Shown here one piece after another: positions 50,201 to 60,773 of a stretch of DNA of 64,000 bases. The position numbers and the translations under genes were made by a program. Within the stretch, counting starts at the first letter, position 1, and each line of letters starts with the position of its first letter. Below the pieces are notes generated by a model that worked only from the letters and a program-made list of their open reading frames with translations, was not told the origin of the DNA and did not search any database. This DNA comes from Hydrolagus colliei (taxonomy: Eukaryota), in NCBI GenBank assembly GCA_035084275.1, contig CM068743.1:16988001-17052000 (forward strand), given 5' to 3'.

Positions 50201-53200
50201 AAAGTCCAGAGGGGGAAAAGGTTCTAATTGACAGATATATTATGTAATAATGCACTCAAAGGAAGAAACTAGGGGGGTAAAAAAAACTATAGATATGTTG
50301 AACATTTCTGACTGCCTTACACATGAGCAAACCTCTCAGTACCAATTTGTTTCAAAGTAGCATGGAACTGCGAGAACACAGCTAGTCCCTCTGGCATCTA
50401 ACATGTCAACACATAGCATATCGGCTTTGTATCACAGCACAAGCTCTGACACAACCCTCATTACCTGCTCTTCCACAAACTCCGTTTAATCACTAGGTTA
50501 AATAATGTTGATAAAGTCAGTGTCACTGCAAAAAGTATTAATCAACAACCATGTAACACACCAGTCAAAATGTTTACTTCACAGTCCTATTATAATAAGG
50601 GACTTAAATACTGTCATTAGCTGACACTCGAGTTTTATCACTTCAAGACTGGACTTTTTTTGGTTAAACATATGAGACTTTTTTTGGTTAAACATATGAG
50701 ATAGAATGTCTCATCGCAGAGTATGCCTTGGAATTGGAATCCTTATCAGTCCCATATTTGTCAGGTTCAACTGGCTGCATGCACTACAGTGGATCACAAT
50801 TTCAAATGACCTTCATATCCCCTCATAATCTTGCCCGCCCAATTTTGTAATCTACTGAAGCCCGATTTCCTTGACTGTGACCTCAGATCCTTCCACTCTG
50901 GTCGATAATGAATAATAATAATAATCCTTTCATTTGATACAGCAACTTATCTCATCTTTGAGGCGTCTCAAGCATTTGGTTGGTGGGGGTTGTTGGCCGA
51001 GTGTCTGACACATGTGGAAACCCATCATCATGCTTACAGGGCATCCAAACCAAGCTGAGGTTTCCGTGTATCCCACCTATATAAGGAAATCCCAGAGATA
51101 GATTGTTGGAATGGAATGCGCTTTCGCTCCCTGGTGGAATGCACTTTCGCATCCTGCTTACCTGATTCCAGAAAGTATTAGGTTCAGGTCGGCAAGAGCC
51201 AAGGCTTGTAGACACCAGAGTGTGGTTGGAGTAATGCTGGAGTCTAATCAACTAAAACAGCAAAGCTTACCATTGATATCGCTGTCCAGCAAGCTTTCTT
51301 GCAAGCTTTCTCTAGCTGGATAAGCAAGCTGCTTATTTAGCTAGAACCACTCTACCAATTAGGGTTTTGGCTTTCAAAGTTACCAGGAGCTGAGTGGGAG
51401 GATTCCCTACCCCTAGTGACTGGTCTGCCCTTCCAGGTCCTGCTGATCAGCAAGTGCCCTGGTATACTGTAGGCACACCTGGCTCAGAAACCGGCCTACC
51501 GAGATCGCTACAGAACGATGTCTGGATCTGACATTTCATTCCCAGGTATCCTTGGCACCAATTCAGCTCCAAGAAGACCACGCTTAGAATATATGGAGAA
51601 TATACTGTAAAGTGAATTGACTGTATATTTTGATGGCAAAACCCAATAAATCCCTTCATTCACTTGCTTGACTGGAGGTTTGGGCTGGCAGTGGGATGTT
51701 GAGGACTGGTCGCTTCATCACTCCCTCCATCCCAGGATAGGTGACATAGACTTCAGTAATTGTGCCTTCATTCTATGGGAAACTCTCACAAAATATCTTC
51801 ACCTTGCACCTATTCTCAATAAGTCAGGTCTCTTATCAACAAATTTACCCCCTTTCCTCTCTGCTCGAGGATCCTCATCAGGATCTTTTTGGAGCATTTT
51901 GAGACATTAAAATGTTTCATGAAAAACACATTAAGTTCAGTTAAATTTACACAAGCTTGTTCATTATTTCTGCTATTTTATCAAATTTTGTTACAAACAT
52001 AACTTCAGCAAAGTTAAATAGTGTTATTTAAATCCTTAATGTCCTGCACAAAATTGCACATTTAACATTAAGCTAGGCTTATTCTCTCTAGAACAAAGAA
52101 AATTGAGAGGAGACCTGATAGAGGTTTATAAGATTATGAGAAGTTTCGACAGGGTGAATAGGGAAAGACTGTTTCCACTGGTGGGCGAATCAGTGACTCG
52201 TAGTCACAGATTTAAAATAGTTTCAAAACGAAGCAGAGGGGAGCTGAGGTGAAATATTTTCACTCAGCGGGTTGTTCAAATCTGGAATGCATTGCCTGAA
52301 AAGGTGGTGGAGGCAGATTCCATAACAGCTTTTAAAAGGGAACTAGATCTTTATTTAGGAAGAGCAGGTCTGTTAGGTTATGGGGAGAAAGCTAGGCAGT
52401 GGGATTGAGTTGCTCTGTTCAAATAGCCGGCACAGACTAGATGGGCCGAATGGCCTCCTTTTGTGCCGTATGATTCTATGATTCTACATGATGGGGAATA
52501 GAAAGGTAAGGGAGTTTATAATTATATCAGCTTTTGAGGTGACTACTCAAAACACAGAGTAATACTGTATAGGAGCCCAAGTCAGAGGTGGAAGAAATTA
52601 CACATGTGCAGCCAATTGTACCTGGTGTCCTGGACACACACAAGACAATTGGAAGTCATTCCACATATACTTAAGACTTCTTGGAAAGACTAGAAATATT
52701 ATATTGTACTTACTTGATGCCAGTACACAACAGTGACATAAGCAATATTGGGCAGCACAGTAAACAGAGGGGTGAATAATTCAGGATTCCAAATTCATAA
52801 TTAATCCAAATCTAGTTTACAGATGTAGAAATCAATTAATGCTAATGAATTGTTGAACATTTATACAATGAAGTTTGGAATATAAAACAACAACAGCCTG
52901 CATTTATATAGTGTAATTCACAGGATAGAGTCTTGGAGCACTTAACAGTGCTGGGACTTGACGCCAAGCCGGGGATAGCTGAACTATCGCTATAAAAAAG
53001 TGAGTTATAACAGGGCCACAATCTACTTTGGAAGTATGGGTATGATGGGTTACGGAAAATAGGATATGGAGAAAAGACAAAAAAAATTAAAAGACAAACT
53101 AGCAGACCAGGCTTGAAGGGTTCAATGGCTTCCTGCTGTTTCCAATATGTTGTCAACTTGTCCAGGTAAGAAGATTGGGTTAATTACAGATTACATTTGC

Positions 53201-56200
53201 AACTCCTTCTCCAAGTCAGCTATAAATCAATTAGAATTTGTTTGTCCAGTCCAGATCGACATCGGACTTAATGTTCACTAATAAACAGGAAACGCCAGAG
53301 GAGCTCATAAATCCAATGGATGTTATGGAACCTCCTTCCTTTTTTTTCCCCCTGACAACAGCTGCTCCATTTATTTGACTGTGTCTCTCTAGTGCAGGAT
53401 AGGTTTTGCTTGCTGAAGGTTTTAGTGCTATTTTATGTGGCTCTGGCATTATCAAGACCAGCTGTCTGTTCATTTAATTAACACCAAAGCTTTAGTGATG
53501 AACAGTTCAGGGAAAAGACAGCCTTGTGCTATGCTATTAACAGTAACACCCGCATTAATTAATGTACTTGTTGCCTTAAGTAATGCTGGTTAGGATTGTT
53601 TATTACCGAAGCTAAGTGATAAAGTACAAGGAAAAAATCTGGCAGGAAATAAAACATCACCTAAATGAGCCACTGTTCGTCATAAACTTGATGAAAAAAT
53701 TCTGCCACTGGTAAACTTAGTCCAATGTTTTAAAAGGACGACATAAGGAAATTTAAGTCAAATCTGACAGTGAATTATTCAAAATATTTTACCCGAGAAA
53801 GAATAATCAACACTTTCACACTATTCCCCCAAACAATTATTACACTTTCCTATAAATATATTTCCTATAGAAAAAAACATAGCAATGAAAATATTGCAAA
53901 AACACTTCTGAGGAATGTGTACTAAAAGAAAGATATAAGTATATGATATAAAACTAGAGCTTCCCTCATTTATCAATAACCAGATTTTCTTTCTTCATAG
54001 ATCATGTTGCAGCAACACTTTTACAATTGGGGTCTAAGTGGGAACCTATCCTGTGGATGAAGGGAAATAACCAGGGTCTCTTTGGGCTTGAGTTGGTTAG
54101 TTGATTCACTATGGTGATCTCGGTAGTTCAGTTCTTGAGCCAGGCACTGATATTGACTAACAAGCCTAGCAGGTTCATCAAGCATCTCTGGTACTGAGAT
54201 TCATCTTACTCAACTCCTGTAACTAGGAGCCAAAGCCCTAAGGAATAGGGAGATCCGAGCTGGACAAGTAACAGAAAGCTTTCCCATAAGTGATCCCAAT
54301 GGCAAGCTGCTTATACTATAGCAGTACCCCCAAAGCACAATCCAAGAGACCCCAAACCTTGTCTTTGCCAATCAGCTGCTAATAATTTGCTGTTTTAGGT
54401 AAGCAAAGTGTATCCCTTCTGGGGAGAGAATACACATAACATACCAAACGAATGGAAATTTCCATGCACACGTAGAACTCTTGGTACTTTTGTTTGGATA
54501 CTATTATATTTGGTAATGAGTTTTTGCCAAAACCACCTCCCTCCACAAATTTTGTATTCACATCAAAGGATGCCATCATCCTGGCAGATGCTTGACATGT
54601 CATTGTATCTCTATTATACAACCATGTATTGTATGCCAAGATATTATTTCCTAACACAATAGATAGTTGACTTACAGCACTCTGATGTCTGTTGACTTCC
54701 ATCGCATGTTTAACCTCTGGTGGTTCTTGCATGCTAGAGTAACTTGATTTTCCCTTCTCCACATCATGTTTGTGTTTGTAATATTTCTGACAAATAAAGG
54801 AAGGTAAAGTTAACCAGTATGTCATGAAAATGGAAGTTTTAAAAAAATTTGGTTTCATTCTTTTTGGATCGGGCATTGTTATTGACGCTCGATGTTGCAA
54901 AGTTATAAATGTTATTTTTGAAGCAATAAAATCCAAAGTGGCATAATTTAATTTACATTTCTTAAAGTGATTACTGTGTCTAGTGCTTTGGGGTAGATAT
55001 TCTACTTGAGTCTAGACTTCTAGACTTTCTTAGTATTTCTAAATATTTCACAATGTGCACTTTAAATTGTCCTAATTATGAGCCCTTCTTTTTTTAGAAT
55101 TTGCAGAAAAATGGCTACTACATTAAGACTGTGTGTAATAAAATGCTAAGTTCTGGTGCTCTGAAAACAGGAAGAAAATTGAGTAAATCTGGAAGTAGGT
55201 GAAATTTCTATCCATCTGTGCTGCAGAGCACCAACTCAAAATAGATATTTTACTTGGTTGAATAAAATTGCACTTCACAGCACTGAATAAATATTAATGA
55301 ACTAATTTAAATTTTCCATGTAATAGTCCTCATGTAGCAGTTGCAATACAATGATCTTGCCTTCTTATGCTGGAATAACATTAATAAACCCAACTTTGAC
55401 ACCAACTCCTAAATCATTAGGCTACTTTATCGCAAGATTAAGATTGGATCCATGGAAATACAATTTGGAAGTACTAGAGAAATGTTATTTTATAACTGTC
55501 ACTGCATTAATATAACTTCCATTTGACTTTTACAGTACAGATAACACTAATATTTTCAGTGCACACTTCAGAACCAGACCAATTAAATCATCATACCTGA
55601 CTCTGAATCCGTGAAACTTCTTTGGCAAAGACAGTATCGATGGTGGCCGGCATCTGTGCATACAAACACTTGGAGCTTCCTTCTTTCCCAGCCCCTTTGT
55701 ACTTGATCTGTATAGTGTGAAAATGAGTCTCAACATTTTGACCAAAACTTATAGTGTTTTCAAAAGGCTGCCTTTAGTAATCTTAGCCAATGTTTGATAC
55801 AATGATTTTAACTAATTGCTATGATCTATAAGTTCTCCAATACATTATTCTACAGGAAGGGTATTATATAAATGCTCGTTGTTATTGCCATGATTGCATT
55901 TTCATGCAATTATACCAATAACAAGTGCACTTAACGGCAAGAGGGATTTTATCTTGTTCTCTCCTTCGCTCTCTTGGATCAACAAAACTAGTTTAATATC
56001 TATCTAGACCATTAGCAATCATGCAATTTTCACATTAATCCAATATTGGTTCACAACAATAATATAGTTATTAATTAAAATACATGGCACATTTTCTATG
56101 TGAAATGCACTATACACTCAAATTATTATTTTTGGTAAAATCAATTGTGCTTTAATCTTCATCCCTCTATAATTTATAAACCTTGGAAGAAATATGCTTT

Positions 56201-59200
56201 TATCATTACACCTTGTGATAGGAGTCAGAAACTCTCACAAACACTCAATACATTAGACATTTGAAAATGATGGATTTTTTTTGATATTATATTGCATTTT
56301 GAAATTGATCAATAAATTTGCCTGGAGCACAGTTTGTCTTGTCTGTGGAGAATTCTGACTAGATGTGCGTAACATACATCAATTCAATTCAGGTGGTAGA
56401 CATCTAATCTAAGAGTCGGAACCTGAGCCAATAATCTGTGTTGAATATTCCAGTGAGGTACAGAGAGTACATATGGTGATGTTAACGAAGAACATGGGTT
56501 TTAAGAACAGCATTTAACCAAACTATTTTAAAAGAAGATTAGCGATGGCTCAAAGAATTTATTCAGATCATTTGTAGACATTGTAGCCAATGTAACCTGA
56601 TATATATTGGATGCAAAACAAGGTAAAGGAATTAAGTGTGATCACTGATCATTCGCTGAAGTTTTCTATGTGAAGCTCCCATCACCAAAACCAAAGTTAA
56701 TTAAGGATCATATTGCAACTCAAGTTAACGTCTGTTACTGAAGTCAAAGACAGTCAGTATATGGCTGCCTGATATGTTAAGTTTTGCATGATCTGAAGAA
56801 AAAGTGGACTTGACATGCCAAATGACCTCTCTTATTCCATGGTTTCTTTTTGTGGAGTCCTGTAGCTCAGTGATTAGAGCGTTCGCCTCGCAAGTGAGAG
56901 ACCGGGGTTAAATTCCCGACAGGGCACAATGTTATGCATTATCTGGTAGTAAATAGAAAGCCAGCAGTTAGTCGATTGGGGGATCACTTAACTGGGGGGA
57001 TAATAATTCCTTCAAAAAATGAAGATAATAAATTGGTCGATTCAATACATCACTGTTTGTGGAACATTGCTGTGCGCAACTGGCTGTCGTATTTCGCCCC
57101 CAAAAAATACGTAAATTTACTTCACAGTATATTTTGTGAAGCACTTTCAGATATCTCAAAGACTTGATAAGGCGCCATACCAAATGCAAGAATATTTCAG
57201 GCTGTGAAGGAAGCTCTATATTGGTATGGTGCAATGAAAGTTAAAAATCTTTCATGTTTTATTTTTATACTTCATAGAAAGGTGATAATATCTAAAGGAT
57301 ACATTTCCTTCAAGAGGAAACTCAAGTTTTACTAATAACATTTCTGGCAACAGTTCATCTGGTATTGCTTTCAATTCAACATTTTCCATACAAGCTCCTT
57401 CAATAAAGAAATAGCATTTAGGGAATAGGTTGAATATAATGGCTATGTAATTCATTCTAACCCTGAAAGCAATACTGAGAGGGTCCCGCGTGGCATTAAT
57501 ATTTTCACTTAATTCATCTTGCTTTGAGATATAGGTTTATAATTTGAAGAAGCTGTTGAGTAACTTTATTGGAAACAATGACTGAGAAGTTCAAACATAT
57601 TTTTTCTAATTTAACATATGAAATGCTAATAAGTAGATTTAAATTATATCTATAGAAACATCAACTATGTAACATTTTGAATGAAGTAGATGTTCTAATT
57701 CTGTACCAGCTCATTGATGTTTAAAGATTAGCACAAGTTTACACAGAAATAACATTAAAATAATCCTTACAATTGATACAGTACAGTTTAGGTCACGACT
57801 TCAGCTTAAAGCAATTCACAGCATATACTTTAAGGTGATTAAAAGCAGTGACTGTGTGTTTCATGGACAAACTCAAGATGCAAATTTGCATAGCAATGCT
57901 ACACAATAAGCATGAAGTGAATGGCTAATTTTATTTGGGACATTCTTGTCCAGTATTGGGTGAAACTCTGTTTGCTTTTCAAATGGTTATAGGATCTTTA
58001 ACATCATCTGAATAGACAAACAGGACACCTTTGTTTAACATCTCAAGATCAGCACCTCCAACAACGCAGTACATCCCCAGCCCTGCACTGCAGTGTCAGC
58101 CCAGGTTATAAATTCAAACAACCAACATAGGTCTTGAATCCACAACCTACAACAACAACAAAATTACATTTATAGAGCACCTTTCACATCGGGAGGACTT
58201 CCCAAGGAGCTGAACAGTCAGGACGGGACCTGAGCAAGGGAAATAGGCAGCGTAGGGGGGAGTGATGGGAGAGAGTTAGGAAGGGAGGGAGAGAATTTGT
58301 ACGGCAGCGCAAGGCAGTCGAAGAGGAGGGTCTTGAGATCGACCTTGAAGAAAGCGAGGGGGGGAGCAAGATGAAGGGACTGTGGGATGGAGTTCCAGAG
58401 TGTGGGGGCAGCGAGGCTGAAAGCCCGTCTGCTGATGTTAGGGCGGGTCGAGCGGGGGACATGGAGCAGGCCGGAGCCCACTGAATGGAGGGGGCGGGCA
58501 GGTTCATAGGGGGACAGCAGGTTGGAGAGGTGGTGGGGGGCAAGGCCGTGAATGGCTTTGAAGGTGAGGGCGAGGATCTTCTGGGGGATGGGGGATGGCG
58601 AGCCAATGGAGCTGGGCGAGGGTGGGAGTGATGTGGTTGCGGAGCTTGGTGCGGATGAGGACTCGAGCTGCAGAGTTCTGGATGATCTGCAACTTGTGAA
58701 GGGACGAATCTGGAAGGCCGATGAGGAGTTAATTTCCATAGTCCAGCCTTGAAGTGATGAATGCGTGCACGAGGGTTTCGGCAGCCTGAGGTGTGAGTCA
58801 GTGGCGGAGTCTGGCAATGTTGCGAAGGTGGTGGAAGCCAGTACTGATCATGGTGCGGATTGGGGGAGGATGGACAGTTCAGGGTCGAATAGGACGCCCA
58901 GATCCCTGACTGGCTTAGAGAGGTGGAGAGTGCAGCCTTGGATGCTGATGGTGTCAGCATCTGAGGTACGGAAGCGCTGATCCAAACCAATCAGGAGGGC
59001 CTCAGTCTTGCGGACATTCAGCTGGAGAAAGTTGTTTTTCGTCCAGGACTCAATGTCAAGACAGGCAGGCAGTCAGGACGCTGGTAGTCATGGAGTTGAG
59101 GGTGGAAGCGGAAAGGTAGAGTTGGGTGTCATCCGTATACATGTGGAAATTTACCCCATGTCTGCGGATGATGTCACTGAGGGGGAGGATGGCAGAGAGA

Positions 59201-60773
59201 GTATGTGAAGAGGCGGGGACCAAGAACAGAGCCCTGAGGAACGCCACACGAGACGGTGCGGGGGATGGTGGAGGAAAAGCCTTGGCGGACACAAAGTGTA
59301 GGCAGAGTGAAAGTTCGGACCGGAACCAGTTGAGGACGGAACCTTGAAGGTTGAGGTGGGAGGAGAGGCAGTGGAGGAGGATTGCGTGGTCCACAGTGTC
59401 AAACGCGGCAGATAGGTCGAGGAGGACGAGGTGGCAGAGGAAGCCCTGGTCACAGATGGTCACGATATCATCAGTGACCTTGACCAGGGCAGTTTCCTTG
59501 CTGTGGGCAGCAAGGAAAACTGATTGGAAGGGCTCGTGGAGGGAGTTGGATGAGAGAAAGGAGTGAAGCTGGGAGGCAACGACTCTTTCAAGCTACTGAC
59601 TCAGAGGAAAGAGTGCTACGATCTGAGACAGACTCACACCCTTTTAAGATATAACATCATTTACAACAATCCATCACAAATAGACCCAAACCGAATGGAA
59701 TAACCGCAGTTTTTGACATGCCTAGATTTCTTAGCAACTGAATGGCCGTTGCCTTAAAATTTAAGATTGGACTAAAGAATTTTCCCTGAAGCGCAGTATT
59801 CATTTTGAAGCCTGTTTTCTCTGCAAAAATGACTTCAGCATTAAGACTGATTTTTTCTAAAATCTCTGCACAATCGTAAATTTAAGAGAATAGTTTAAAG
59901 GATAAAACTGTGAGACTTTTCAGGCTTCTGGCATTTTAATAACCTTAATCATAAAGTGTCTGGAGCCAGCAGTGAGCAGAGCTTAACACATGCAGTAAGT
60001 GCTTCACTTGCCTAAGTAAGCCCAGAGGGAAGTTGGGATATAATTGGTATCTTGATGTATAACTACCCTATCAGAACACAAGTCTTCATCAGTCAAGATC
60101 CAAGATTAATTTAGGATGATCTCGCAAGCAGCTCACCTCAGAAATCAGAGCAGTTGCATTGTTCATACATTGCTGCTGAGGTGTGTCAGGCACAAAGGTA
60201 AACTTGCCTTTTGACTTTACATGCTCTTCCTTGTATTTAATCTGAAAAGCCAAACATACAATTCAAAAGTTATACAAAAACACAATAACTTGCATTCATA
60301 TAGCATCCTACACATGGAGTAGGGTCTCAGAGCGCTGAACATTTGCTGACTTGACACCGAACCACAAACTATCATAACTCGACATCAACAATCCCATCAA
60401 GTCAGTATTTGAAGCATCCCCAGTAATTCATCGCATTTATTAAACAACATACTGAGTGAAGATTATCAATTTCCTAATAATATCACTAAACCAAGAAGAA
60501 TGTTGACTTCATGCATTTAATCAAGATTCTGCAGGGAAACCAGCTGAAATACCTACATCACTTATCTGGTCACTGCATTTCTTAGCAAATTCAATGCCCC
60601 TGTCTTCCACAATGGGTTTACCAAACGCCTAAAAAAGAAAACAAAGATGGGTTCAATACCTTTCCTTCAAATGACATTTAACAAATAACTTTAAGATCAA
60701 TTTGTGGTTGATTAACCTCCTCCTGTTCCTCAGCTCCCTCTTCTCTAGAATCGTGAATAACATACATCCTCAT
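20118..60773 (-). CDS. NEBL: Nebulette, full multi-exon CDS (25 coding exons, about 907 aa)
   Basis: Phase-compatible GT-AG exons, each encoding one nebulin repeat (S-x-x-x-Y-K split across junctions), then [12 protein letters not shown] linker, [14 protein letters not shown] segment (nebulette/LASP2-type) and C-terminal SH3. Exon lengths sum to 2724 nt. Confidence 0.95.
21034..21152 (-). CDS. NEBL: NEBL exon 24: [40 protein letters not shown]
   Basis: 119 nt, phase 1 to 0, tgtag| and |gtgagt. Confidence 0.95.
23634..23777 (-). CDS. NEBL: NEBL exon 23, Ser-rich linker: [48 protein letters not shown]
   Basis: 144 nt, phase 1-1, tgtag| and G|gtacaa. Confidence 0.92.
26010..26350 (+). repeat. 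Unclassified interspersed repeat (family also at 32160, 32850, 43905, 51070, 54060)
   Basis: Shared ggaatggaatgc..attcca.aaagtattag..gtgtgttggggtactgctggagtctaaccagctaaaac blocks. Confidence 0.8.
26365..26740 (-). mobile_element. Old SINE (SacSINE1-like)
   Basis: Same body and head as the copies at 4180, 14100 and 57760. Confidence 0.65.
27440..27532 (-). CDS. NEBL: NEBL exon 22: [31 protein letters not shown]
   Basis: 93 nt, phase 1-1, WRTxPGSIFD linker motif of the nebulin family. Confidence 0.95.
28130..28735 (-). mobile_element. Degraded CR1 LINE fragment with a short L2 tail inserted at about 28380-28440
   Basis: Plus-strand caaaactggacacaatattctaactgtggt reads PQLEYCVQF on the minus strand (CR1 ORF2 motif). 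Confidence 0.75.
29417..29591 (-). CDS. NEBL: NEBL exon 21: [58 protein letters not shown] (last repeat; exon shared with LASP2 in mammals)
   Basis: 175 nt, phase 0 to phase 1, aacag| and G|gtaagt. Confidence 0.96.
30152..30256 (-). CDS. NEBL: NEBL exon 20: [35 protein letters not shown]
   Basis: 105 nt, tgcag| and |gtacag. Confidence 0.95.
31200..31292 (-). CDS. NEBL: NEBL exon 19 (93-nt copy 3), same peptide
   Basis: acaag| and |gtgtgt, open frame. Confidence 0.9.
31480..31685 (-). mobile_element. L2 LINE 3' end in the intron between tandem exons
   Basis: (aac)n..aaattacatttgtagagcacctttc..gaacagtcag. Confidence 0.85.
31977..32069 (-). CDS. NEBL: NEBL exon 18 (93-nt copy 2), same peptide
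   Basis: aaaag| and |gtgtgt, open frame. Confidence 0.88.
32674..32766 (-). CDS. NEBL: NEBL exon 17 (93-nt copy 1): [31 protein letters not shown]
   Basis: acaag| and |gtgtgt, open frame. Confidence 0.9.
33285..33420 (-). pseudogene. Deleted fourth copy of the 93-nt tandem exon
   Basis: Flanks match the other three copies; only the acceptor and GTG AAA TAC AAA (from 33378) remain; about 95 nt including the donor are missing. Confidence 0.85.
35075..35445 (+). mobile_element. tRNA-derived Deu-domain SINE
   Basis: Head, Deu core and tail all visible. Confidence 0.88.
35487..35587 (-). pseudogene. Frameshifted nebulin-repeat exon (101 nt) with an internal inverted repeat
   Basis: ttcag|GTC CAG TAC (VQY) start; ends ..[21 protein letters not shown]|gtaagt in a different frame; TAA at codon 13 of the entry frame. 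Confidence 0.85.
36491..36595 (-). CDS. NEBL: NEBL exon 16: [35 protein letters not shown]
   Basis: 105 nt, cacag| and |gtacgt. Confidence 0.95.
36702..36806 (-). CDS. NEBL: NEBL exon 15: [35 protein letters not shown]
   Basis: 105 nt, cttag| and |gtaggt. Confidence 0.93.
37150..37660. mobile_element. Tail-to-tail Deu-SINE pair (37150-37303 plus, partial; 37325-37660 minus, full)
   Basis: Same family in opposite orientations, about 20 nt spacer. Confidence 0.9.
38097..38207 (-). CDS. NEBL: NEBL exon 14: [37 protein letters not shown]
   Basis: 111 nt, tgcag| and |gtcagt. Confidence 0.95.
38830..38940 (-). CDS. NEBL: NEBL exon 13: [37 protein letters not shown]
   Basis: 111 nt, cacag| and |gtgaga. 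Confidence 0.95.
39659..39769 (-). CDS. NEBL: NEBL exon 12: [37 protein letters not shown]
   Basis: 111 nt, aacag| and |gtaact. Confidence 0.95.
40898..41005 (-). CDS. NEBL: NEBL exon 11: [36 protein letters not shown]
   Basis: 108 nt, gccag| and |gtgaag. Confidence 0.95.
41110..41214 (-). CDS. NEBL: NEBL exon 10: [35 protein letters not shown]
   Basis: 105 nt, tttag| and |gtatag. Confidence 0.95.
42115..42305. repeat. Imperfect palindromic repeat of a type common in shark genomes (possibly Penelope-associated)
   Basis: gaaatttagaataaaaacagaaa..actcagcaggtc ... gacctgctgagt..ttctgtttctatttc arms; family assignment from memory. Confidence 0.6.
42630..42767 (-). pseudogene. Truncated duplicate of NEBL exon 9 with its upstream intron end
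   Basis: Near-identical to about 43717-43854; acceptor intact (exon start 42696); similarity stops after 22 codons and no matching donor follows. Confidence 0.9.
43679..43783 (-). CDS. NEBL: NEBL exon 9: [35 protein letters not shown]
   Basis: 105 nt, ttcag| and |gtgagt. Confidence 0.95.
44105..44730 (+). repeat. C/T-rich low-complexity tract interleaved with two Deu-SINE cores and one SINE tail
   Basis: Cores at about 44310-44378 and 44445-44525; tail at 44650-44730. Confidence 0.8.
44748..45283. mobile_element. Non-autonomous Tc1/mariner-superfamily (Tigger/pogo-type) MITE, 536 bp
   Basis: 20-bp TIRs CAGTAAAAGCC(T/C)GTTTATCC (19/20 match) flanked by TA at 44746-47 and 45284-85. Confidence 0.92.
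45759..45866 (-). CDS. NEBL: NEBL exon 8: [36 protein letters not shown]
   Basis: 108 nt, tccag| and |gtgagc. Confidence 0.95.
47713..47817 (-). CDS. NEBL: NEBL exon 7: [35 protein letters not shown]
   Basis: 105 nt, tacag| and |gtaagc. Confidence 0.95.
48535..48812 (-). mobile_element. tRNA-derived Deu-domain SINE
   Basis: Tail, core and most of the head visible. Confidence 0.87.
49514..49615 (-). CDS. NEBL: NEBL exon 6: [34 protein letters not shown]
   Basis: 102 nt, aatag| and |gtaagg. Confidence 0.95.
49685..50110 (-). mobile_element. Old L2 LINE RT fragment
   Basis: [12 protein letters not shown] in ORF 49939..50124. Confidence 0.85.
51070..51590 (+). repeat. Longest copy of the unclassified interspersed repeat
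   Basis: Aligns by eye to 26010-26350 and 43905-44090, and in reverse to 32160-32580, 32850-33285 and 54060-54370. Confidence 0.8.
52045..52487 (+). mobile_element. CR1 LINE 3' end (relatively intact)
   Basis: [46 protein letters not shown]; 3' gatgggccgaatggcctcctt and (tatgattc)n tail. Confidence 0.95.
54676..54786 (-). CDS. NEBL: NEBL exon 5: [37 protein letters not shown]
   Basis: 111 nt inside ORF 54379..54936, gtcag| and |gtaagt. Confidence 0.95.
55597..55707 (-). CDS. NEBL: NEBL exon 4: [37 protein letters not shown]
   Basis: 111 nt, tacag| and |gtatga. Confidence 0.95.
56855..57195 (+). mobile_element. tRNA-derived Deu-domain SINE
   Basis: gagtcctgtagctcagtgattagagcg head, core, tail. 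Confidence 0.88.
57760..58150 (-). mobile_element. Old SINE whose head is split by the L2 insertion (continues at 59593-59630)
   Basis: cttgaatccacaacctac | tgactcagaggaaagagtgctac. Confidence 0.75.
58151..59592 (-). mobile_element. 5'-truncated L2 LINE, 1.44 kb
   Basis: [15 protein letters not shown] and [13 protein letters not shown] motifs, [14 protein letters not shown], (ttg)n tail; frameshifts present. Confidence 0.95.
60137..60241 (-). CDS. NEBL: NEBL exon 3: [35 protein letters not shown]
   Basis: 105 nt nebulin repeat, ttcag| and |gtgagc. Confidence 0.95.
60557..60628 (-). CDS. NEBL: NEBL exon 2: [24 protein letters not shown]
   Basis: 72 nt, tttag| acceptor, |gtaggt donor. Confidence 0.93.
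60717..60773 (-). CDS. NEBL: NEBL coding exon 1: [19 protein letters not shown]
   Basis: aaaATGAGG start, acidic peptide like the nebulette N-terminus, phase-0 donor GAG|gttaat, 88-nt intron to exon 2. Confidence 0.85.

Noticed and set aside
20118-60773. Calling the gene nebulin (NEB), since the SH3 has nebulin-like residues ([11 protein letters not shown])
   Set aside because: It has a short acidic exon 1, only about 20 repeats with no super-repeats, and the [14 protein letters not shown] segment typical of nebulette.
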